Shown here in pieces: positions 57,541 through 64,000 of a stretch of 64,000 nt of DNA. Source of the DNA: Candidatus Eiseniibacteriota bacterium (GTDB taxonomy: Bacteria > Eisenbacteria > RBG-16-71-46 > CAVPCR01); NCBI GenBank assembly GCA_963823555.1, contig CAWGMA010000001.1, forward strand, positions 1,312,001 to 1,376,000, in the 5' to 3' direction. The notes under the pieces are model-generated. The model saw only the letters and a list, made by a program, of their open reading frames with translations, ran no database searches and was not told the DNA's origin. Position numbers and translations under genes: made by a program. How positions within the stretch are numbered: the first letter of the stretch is position 1; the number at the start of each line of letters is the position of its first letter.

Positions 57541-59225
57541 GGCGCCGCATCTCTGCCGGGCGCAGGCTCATGCACTCCCCCGCCGGGAGCGATCAGCGGC
57601 GCGGCGTTCGCAGCCGGGTTGAGAGCGCAGAACACGCACAGTACCCATCCGGCCGCCCCGGCCTGCTTGGTCCTGGACCGGGAGCGGCGCTGCCGGCCGG
57701 GGCGCAGGTTGGCGGACACCAGCCGCGGGATCGTGCCGAGCACCGGGAGCCCGAGTTCGTGCTCGATCTCCTCGACCGTGCGCAGCGAGTTGTCAAGGTA
57801 CTCGGCAAGGATGATGGCACCGACCCCCAGCAACGGGCCGGCGAGGAAGGCGAGCAAGAGCACACGGAAGCGGTCGGGCCATGCCGGGCGGATGGGAACC
57901 GCGGGCTGCTCGATGATCTTGACCCGTGACGTGACGCTGGCCTCCTGAGCCGTCCGCTTGAGGGCGTCCGACATCCGGCGCTCCTGGATGTTGGTGACCA
58001 CGTTCCGGTAGCGATCGACGTCTTCCTGGAGGCGCCGGAGCTCGAGCTCCTGCTCGGGACCGGAGACGACTCCAGCGGAGTACTGATTCAGGAACTCCTG
58101 GATTCGCGAGCGGCGCGCACGGACGGAGCTCAGCGTGTATCGGTCGTAGAGGATGTCGCGGATCTGCTTCTGGTCGATGGCCGAGGCCTGCGGGTACTTC
58201 TTCTCGACCTGCGTCTGGATCTCGTTGAAGAGCTCGGTGCGCGTGTTGGTGACCTCTGATCCGGCGATCTGCGGCACCGTGCCGCCGTCCCCGAGTCCCT
58301 GGATGATGAGAGGCACCTGGTTCAGCTCGGCCTGCGTGAGGGCGGCGGCCAGGGATGAAATGCGGCCCGAGGCGGTGCCGGCTTCGAGCGTCGCCAGACC
58401 GCCCATCGCAGCCGGCAAGCGCTCGAGGCCGCGCTGGATCCTCCGCTCGATGCTCGCGATCTCGACATCGGCCTGATCGACGAGCCGTCTGGTATCGGTC
58501 AGGTTCTCCCCCGACACCGGGTTCTGTGAGTAGAGGCTGCGGCTGGAGATTTGGCGTTGCTTGGCCTCCAGCGCGTCCTCGGCGTCGGCGAGGAGCATCT
58601 GGTAGCGTTCGAGCTGCTCGTCCGAGAACTCCTGTGTGCGGTCGACGACCTCGATACCCTCGCTGAGCGTGAAACCCAGGTACTCGTCGGACACAGCCTT
58701 GGCCAGCGCGTAGGCAAAGGCCGGATCCTCGTCCCGGCTGTTGAAGCGATACTGGGCGATGCCCGCCGGCTCCACGGAGAGCTTCTCCTTGAGGCGAGCG
58801 GTATAGGCGTACACAACGAGCTGCTCGAGGTTGAGATCGGGAAGTCGATTCTGCAGGTTGACGGCGGCGGCACGGATGTGCGGGTCCTTGTCGAGGCCCA
58901 GCCGCTTCCCCACCGGCTCCAGGAAACGTTGGCCGGTGATCTGCTGGTTGATCTTCCCTACCTGCTGCCGCTCGTAGTCGCGCGGAACGTCGCGGCGCCC
59001 ACCGCGCCGGCCCCCACTGGTGAAGTCCTCGGCCATGCTCTCGACCGCATCCTGGTCCAGGATCTGGACGACCGCGGAGGAGACGTAGACCGGCGTGACG
59101 AAGTGCAGGCCGATCCACGCCGTGGCCGCGACCAGCACGGTCGGCACGAGGATCATCCACTTGCGCTTCCAGAGGATGCGCCCGTACTCGCCGAGCTCGA
59201 TCCTGTCCTGCTGCTCTGCGTTCAT
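57537..59225 (-). CDS. Polysaccharide co-polymerase / chain-length determinant (Wzc N-terminal/GumC-like)
   Basis: N-terminal TM + P.Y.S, long coiled coil, P..P..P + TM, EYLD.S...E..LGLPVLG.IP. Confidence 0.88.
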   Translation of the reverse strand: MNAEQQDRIELGEYGRILWKRKWMILVPTVLVAATAWIGLHFVTPVYVSSAVVQILDQDAVESMAEDFTSGGRRGGRRDVPRDYERQQVGKINQQITGQRFLEPVGKRLGLDKDPHIRAAAVNLQNRLPDLNLEQLVVYAYTARLKEKLSVEPAGIAQYRFNSRDEDPAFAYALAKAVSDEYLGFTLSEGIEVVDRTQEFSDEQLERYQMLLADAEDALEAKQRQISSRSLYSQNPVSGENLTDTRRLVDQADVEIASIERRIQRGLERLPAAMGGLATLEAGTASGRISSLAAALTQAELNQVPLIIQGLGDGGTVPQIAGSEVTNTRTELFNEIQTQVEKKYPQASAIDQKQIRDILYDRYTLSSVRARRSRIQEFLNQYSAGVVSGPEQELELRRLQEDVDRYRNVVTNIQERRMSDALKRTAQEASVTSRVKIIEQPAVPIRPAWPDRFRVLLLAFLAGPLLGVGAIILAEYLDNSLRTVEEIEHELGLPVLGTIPRLVSANLRPGRQRRSRSRTKQAGAAGWVLCVFCALNPAANAAPLIAPGGGVHEPAPGRDAAP

Positions 59226-59268
59226 TCCCCTGGTTCCTTGCACCCTACAGCCGATCCGAACGGTGGTT

Positions 59269-60213
59269 CTAGTTGCCGATCTGGTCGACGAGGAAAATGA
59301 TACCGAGGATCAGCGTCGCAAAGGTCGCTGCGGTGCGGATGGCCCCCCACACGCTCACCCCCGCGCCGTCGATGGTCACCGTGTCGCCGGCGACGAGCAC
59401 CGGGTTGGCGACCTCATCTCCTCGCTGCAAGAAGTCCTCGAGATTCACCTCGATCGTCTTTGGGGATGCGGGTCCGCGGCGGACGATCGTCACTTGTTTC
59501 AAGTTGGCTCCCTGGGATGGTCCGCCAGCCAGGAGGATGGCGCCCGCCAGATCCACGGCGGCCTCCTTCTGATAGACGCCGGGATTCACAACGTAGCCGA
59601 ACACATAGATCACGTTGGGCCAGGTCTGCTCGATGACCTTCTTGGGGACGACGATCGTGTCGTCGGGATCGAGGGTCGGCAGATCGGTGGGCAGGCCTCG
59701 CCCCCAGATCTGGTTCAGGTCCACGGTGATGATGTTGCGCTCGTCGGTGGCATCCCCCCGGCGAATGATCTGGACTCCACCCAGGTAGGCGCTCTCCGTG
59801 GGGCCGCCGGCTTCTCGAATCAGATCCCATACCGAAGGCATGGGCCAGCGCGCGTACTTCCCCGGCGCGGCCACCTCGCCCAGAACATAGACCGCCTTCG
59901 AGTTGTACGCCGTCACTTCCAAGGATATCTGGGTGATCTGCCGGTCATAGAGCGAGAACTTGCGAGCAAGTTCCTCCTCCAGCTGACCCGGCGTGGAACC
60001 GGCCACCTTCACCTCGCCGACCAGTGGCAACGTGACCGTGCCGTCGGCCCGCACGTTAACGGTGCGGGTCAGCTCGGGCCTCTCCCAGACCTCGATCCTG
60101 ATCTCGTCCTCGGCCTCGATCTCATAGGCGGTCTGGGCCCAGGTCTTGCCGGCCATCAGTCCCAGCGTCGCGACGACGCACGCCGCAGCGAGGAGCCAGC
60201 GGTACTCCATCAT
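59269..60213 (-). CDS. Polysaccharide export protein (Wza/OPX family, SLBB domains)
   Basis: VRADG.VTLPLVGEV..AG.T, VYVLGEV..PG, VFGYV.NPG; signal peptide; hydrophobic C-terminal helix. Confidence 0.9.
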   Translation of the reverse strand: MMEYRWLLAAACVVATLGLMAGKTWAQTAYEIEAEDEIRIEVWERPELTRTVNVRADGTVTLPLVGEVKVAGSTPGQLEEELARKFSLYDRQITQISLEVTAYNSKAVYVLGEVAAPGKYARWPMPSVWDLIREAGGPTESAYLGGVQIIRRGDATDERNIITVDLNQIWGRGLPTDLPTLDPDDTIVVPKKVIEQTWPNVIYVFGYVVNPGVYQKEAAVDLAGAILLAGGPSQGANLKQVTIVRRGPASPKTIEVNLEDFLQRGDEVANPVLVAGDTVTIDGAGVSVWGAIRTAATFATLILGIIFLVDQIGN

Positions 60214-60532
60214 CCCCTATTACCCTCTTTCGGACCGGGGCACTCCACGGACTCGGACTTGGCGCCCTCCGCCCAACGCCAGCGGGGGGCAATCGTTATG
60301 GAGCGCCGGACATTAGCAAGGAGTTGCAGATGGGGCTAGGGGAGGCTCGACCGGTTCAAGAGCCTGGTTTCGGCGCTCGAGCCCTGGAGTCCAGATCATG
60401 GCGCCCACCACGCCAAGATACACCATTCCCGATTGCCGGTCGCCCCCCGCAACTCCTTTTCACTACTAAGTATCGGGGCTGGGGTGGGGCAGCTTGAGAT
60501 CTAACCCTGGTCCCCCCGGTCCGGGCGGATCG

Positions 60533-61525
60533 CTAGGCAGCCCGGGCGGAAGGAGCGACGGCCACTCGATTGCGTCCGGCGCGCTTGGCCGCAAAGAGGG
60601 CCTCGTCCGCGGCCGCGAGCAGCACTTCGGGGGATAGCCCGTGCTCAGGGAAGGTGGAGATCCCGATGGAGCACGTCATCTCCCCCGGCGTGAGCTCCGG
60701 GAAGGCGATGCCCTCCACGGCGGCGCGCACTCGCTCGGCGGCGGCGGTGGCGCCCTCCTGGCGTGTGTGCGGGAGGATCAGGAGGAACTCATCCCCACCG
60801 TACTTGGCAACGAGATCGATCTCCCGAGTGGTGTTCTGGATCACCGCCGCCACGTGTTTCAGCACCGAGCTTCCAGCCAGGTGGCCAAAGCGTTCGTTGT
60901 ACTCCTTGAGATGGTCCACATCGAGCATGCAGAGGGACAGCGGGTGGCCCAGACGGGCGGCGCGCTGGACCTCGCGGCGCAGGGCGACGCGAAGGAACCG
61001 GTAGTTGTAAGTCCCTGTCAAATCGTCGGTCACGACCTCCGCTTCGAGCTGACTGAGGACCGTGCGGTTGTGCATCGCAACACCCAGGGCAGCGGCCGTG
61101 GCGGCAACCAGGGTTGGTGCTTCGGGGGAACCGGGGTCCCAGACCGCGAGCACGCCCTGCCGGCCCTCGGCCAGCGGGACGCAAGCGGCGACGAGACGCT
61201 CCGGTTCGCGTCCGGCGATCATGTCCCATTCGGGATCGCACTCGGCTCGAGTTCCGAGCCCGACCTCACCCGAAAGGGCCTGAGCCATGAGTCCTCGCGG
61301 TGGCCCGGTTCGGGACACGCGGTCGAGCCGGGGGTCCGTACCGGGACCGATGCGAAGGATCTCCCAGCGCTTCCCGGAGGGGATGGCGGCCAGGGCGACC
61401 GGGGCCGAGGTCGTCGTCGCGAGCAAGCGCAAGACGTCGGTTACCCACCGTGCATCCGACTTGCCGTCGCGGGTCATGAGGCCGGCGGCCTCGATCAGGT
61501 TCTGGAGGTGGGTCGGCATGGCCAT
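60533..61525 (-). CDS. Diguanylate cyclase (GAF-like + GGDEF)
   Basis: TDDLTG.YN, DVDHLKEYNERFGH, RxxD I-site (REID), intact GGDEF; start uncertain. Confidence 0.9.
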   Translation of the reverse strand: MAMPTHLQNLIEAAGLMTRDGKSDARWVTDVLRLLATTTSAPVALAAIPSGKRWEILRIGPGTDPRLDRVSRTGPPRGLMAQALSGEVGLGTRAECDPEWDMIAGREPERLVAACVPLAEGRQGVLAVWDPGSPEAPTLVAATAAALGVAMHNRTVLSQLEAEVVTDDLTGTYNYRFLRVALRREVQRAARLGHPLSLCMLDVDHLKEYNERFGHLAGSSVLKHVAAVIQNTTREIDLVAKYGGDEFLLILPHTRQEGATAAAERVRAAVEGIAFPELTPGEMTCSIGISTFPEHGLSPEVLLAAADEALFAAKRAGRNRVAVAPSARAA

Positions 61526-61673
61526 GGATGAGAGACAATGAGCCTTGCTGGCGGATGCGCCGGACGGGCTCCGCCAGGAACAGGCTCCTTGCAGCACAGC
61601 AATCTGGAGTCGTCTCGCGAGGGGTTATCGGCGATCTGGCCGCGGACCTTTGCGGCAAGGGTCCAGGAGGGGA

Positions 61674-61750
61674 TGGTGCGCCCGGCAGGATTTGAACCTG
61701 CGACCTACGGCTCCGGAGGCCGTCGCTCTATCCAGCTGAGCCACGGGCGC
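61674..61750 (-). tRNA. tRNA-Arg(CCG)
   Basis: 77-nt cloverleaf GCGCCCG...CGGGCGCACCA; anticodon arm ACGGC-CT-CCG-GA-GCCGT; T-loop GGTTCAAATCC; encoded CCA. Confidence 0.97.
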
Positions 61751-61904
61751 GCGCGTCGGTAGCAAACTCGGACTATGACACAGGCCATGGGCGGGCGACA
61801 AGCCGTCCTCAGGTGAGCCGGAGCGCCGGCTCTCGTCCTGGAGAACGAGGGCGGGTGCCGTGAACGCGACCCGGCTCGGACTCGGCGCGAAGACGAGGCC
61901 CGAG

Positions 61905-62699
61905 CTAGCCGCTCCCCATCAGCCGCCCGAGGGCCTGTGCCGGACTGTCGGCTCGCATCAGGGTTTCGCTGATCAGCACGGCATCCACCGCGGATTGCTC
62001 GAGCCGGATGATGTCATCGCGGGTACGGATGCCGCTCTCCGAGACCAGCACCCGGTCGTGCGGCAGGAGACGGCTCAGACGCTCCGTGGTCGCGAGGTCG
62101 ACCTGAAAACTGGCGAGGTCGCGGTTGTTGACACCCACGACGACGGCACCGCTGGCCAGCGCGCGCTCGAGCTCGGATTCGTCATGGACCTCGACCAGGC
62201 ACTCGATACCGAGTTCCCCGGCCTGTTCGAGGAATCGCCTGAGCTCATCGGCTCCGACCAGGAGGGAGGCAATGAGCAGGATGGCGTCGGCGCCGAGGGC
62301 GCGAGCCTCGACGATCTGGTAGGCGTCGACGATGAAGTCCTTCATGAGCACCGGGCAGTCGACCACCTGCCTCACGCGCAGCAAGGCGTCGCGAGTGCCG
62401 AGGAAGAAACGTTCCTCTGTGACCACCGAGATGGCGGCGGCTCCCCCGCCGGCGTAGGTTCGGGCCAGAAGCTCGGGTTCGAACGGCTCGCGCAGGAGGC
62501 CGGCCGCGGGCGAGGCGTGCTTGATCTCGCAGATGAAGCTGACTCCGCCCTCGGGGCGGCGGCGCAGCCCCTGTCCAAAGAGGCCGCGTGGAGCAAGCGA
62601 GGAATCGATGGCTGCCCTGAGCTCGCGCAGCGGTCGTTCCCGCCGCCGACGGGCAACCTGGGCACGCTGGGATTCGGAGATACGGTTGAGTATGTTCAT
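61905..62699 (-). CDS. trpC: Indole-3-glycerol phosphate synthase
   Basis: EIKHASP, ISVVTE..F.G, KDF, LVEVH, GVNNRDL, SESG. Confidence 0.95.
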   Translation of the reverse strand: MNILNRISESQRAQVARRRRERPLRELRAAIDSSLAPRGLFGQGLRRRPEGGVSFICEIKHASPAAGLLREPFEPELLARTYAGGGAAAISVVTEERFFLGTRDALLRVRQVVDCPVLMKDFIVDAYQIVEARALGADAILLIASLLVGADELRRFLEQAGELGIECLVEVHDESELERALASGAVVVGVNNRDLASFQVDLATTERLSRLLPHDRVLVSESGIRTRDDIIRLEQSAVDAVLISETLMRADSPAQALGRLMGSG

Positions 62700-62767
62700 C
62701 AGACGGACCAGAGAAAGCGACCGACGTAGAGCCCACGAGTCATTCTAGCCTCATTGTCGCACCAAGA

Positions 62768-63415
62768 CTATCGGCAACGCTGACCCGCCTCGGCTTCGCC
62801 CGTTACGTCTCCTGTGCGGTCGCCGGCGCAGAGGCCGAGGAAGTTCCCGATCAGGTGCTTGCCTTCCGCCGTGAGGATCGACTCCGGATGAAACTGCACT
62901 CCCCAGGTCTCGTGGGCGCGGTGCTTGATCGCCATGATCTCTTCTTCGGACGTGCGAGCCCGGATCTCGAGATCGGCCGGCAAGGTCGCCGGATCCACGA
63001 TCAGCGAGTGATACCGAGTGGCGGTGAACGGGTTGGTGATCCCAGCGAAGACCCCTCGTCCGTCATGGATCACGGAAGAGGTCTTGCCATGCATGATGCG
63101 CGACGCCCGCACGATGCGGCCCCCGTAGACCTGAGCCAGGCACTGGTGCCCCAGGCACACCCCGAGGACTGGAATCAGCCCGGCGGCGCGGGCGATGAGT
63201 GCGCTGGATATCCCGGCCGTGCTGGGGTCGCCAGGGCCGGGCGAGATCAGGATGCCGTGCGGTTCGAGGGCCAGGATCTGGTCCGGAGTGGCCGCATCGT
63301 TGCGACGGATGAGCGGCTTCGCTCCCAGCTCAGCCAGGTACTGGACCAGGTTGTAGGTGAAGGAGTCGTAGTTGTCGACGACGGCGATCCGCGGTGTGCT
63401 CATGATGGGCGTCAT
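62768..63415 (-). CDS. trpG: Anthranilate/aminodeoxychorismate synthase glutamine amidotransferase subunit (TrpG/PabA)
   Basis: DNYDSFTYNL, SPGPG, GVCLGHQ, RYHSL, QFHPES. Confidence 0.93.
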   Translation of the reverse strand: MTPIMSTPRIAVVDNYDSFTYNLVQYLAELGAKPLIRRNDAATPDQILALEPHGILISPGPGDPSTAGISSALIARAAGLIPVLGVCLGHQCLAQVYGGRIVRASRIMHGKTSSVIHDGRGVFAGITNPFTATRYHSLIVDPATLPADLEIRARTSEEEIMAIKHRAHETWGVQFHPESILTAEGKHLIGNFLGLCAGDRTGDVTGEAEAGQRCR

Positions 63416-63501
63416 GCTTGGCGATGGACGAGATAGCCTCTAAGCAACTCTGTGACAGTGGCTTGCCGCTTCTATTTGGGAGCATACGGGACATGAACAG
63501 T

Positions 63502-63999
63502 CTATGCTTCTGGTGCTGAACGGCTTCCGGCTCGCAGCCTGGGCTTCCTCTTTCTCGCGCCTCCTGCCGCGGGTCTGGGTGGCTCGGGGGCGCGGGGCGC
63601 GTACCGATCCAGGAGCTCGGCCGCCAGCGCCTCGGCGCGGGGGCCGGGGGCGCGTCCAGCGAGGAGGCGCTCGATCTCCAGCAGACGCCCGCCGTGATCC
63701 AGAGGGACCACCTGGCTGGCCGTTCGCCCTTCCCTGACCGCCTTGTCCACGCGCAAGTGAACATGGGCGCGGGCTGCGATCCGAGCCTGATGGGTCACGC
63801 ACAGCACCTGACGGCTCTCGGCGAGGAGAGCCAGCCGATCGGCCACCGCATCGAGGACGATGCCACCGACACCGGTATCGACTTCATCGAAGACGAGCAC
63901 CGGTGCTCCCCCTTCGCCGCGGAGGGCGGTGCGAAGGGCCAGCATGACCCGTGCTAGCTCACCACCCGCCGCGGTCCGACTGAGGGCATGGAACCCTTC
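63502..63999 (-). CDS. recN: DNA repair protein RecN, C-terminal part (runs off window)
   Basis: GGELARVMLAL, FDEVDTGVGG, QVLCVTH...IAA.A..H..V.K, R..EI.RLL.G. Confidence 0.9.
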   Translation of the reverse strand, partial: EGFHALSRTAAGGELARVMLALRTALRGEGGAPVLVFDEVDTGVGGIVLDAVADRLALLAESRQVLCVTHQARIAARAHVHLRVDKAVREGRTASQVVPLDHGGRLLEIERLLAGRAPGPRAEALAAELLDRYAPRAPEPPRPAAGGARKRKPRLRAGSRSAPEA

Positions 64000-64000
64000 G

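Noticed and set aside
61644..61750. tRNA-Arg as integration site of a polysaccharide island
   Set aside because: No integrase and no duplicated tRNA 3' end (only a 10-nt match at 830-839 inside GH57)

Overview
High-GC bacterial chromosomal window. The gene content (FlgD/T9SS-like C-terminal domain, C25 protease, LptE) suggests a diderm FCB-related candidate lineage; this is inference only. Four + strand genes (GH57, DUF4870-like, acyl-CoA dehydrogenase, MarR) run into a clear XerC/XerD dif-like site at 3947-3974. Almost all genes in the remaining 60 kb are on the - strand, pointing back at that site, as expected at a replication terminus. Right of dif lie two 8-Cys secreted paralogues with a TWGxIKAxF C-terminal tail, a gingipain-family (C25) protease, three thioredoxin-fold genes, leuS, holA and lptE. 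Next come a WbpB/D/E-like diamino-uronic-acid sugar operon, an orphan sigma54 activator and an orphan CpaE-like ATPase. A ~35 kb Wzx/Wzy polysaccharide locus follows, rich in tailoring enzymes (FemAB-like, ATP-grasp-PHP fusion, two AsnB-like, two deacetylases, kinase, GT-C) and with two priming transferases that share a 28-aa Arg-rich insertion. The window ends with a GGDEF cyclase, tRNA-Arg(CCG), trpC, trpG and partial recN. The stretch ~43.5-46.7 kb has many frameshifts, probably sequencing error. Leading hypotheses: (i) a protein-to-glycan anchoring system resembling the Porphyromonas T9SS Wbp/Vim linker pathway, possibly with a new sorting tag; (ii) direct c-di-GMP control of the priming transferases. 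All calls are by eye; no searches were run.
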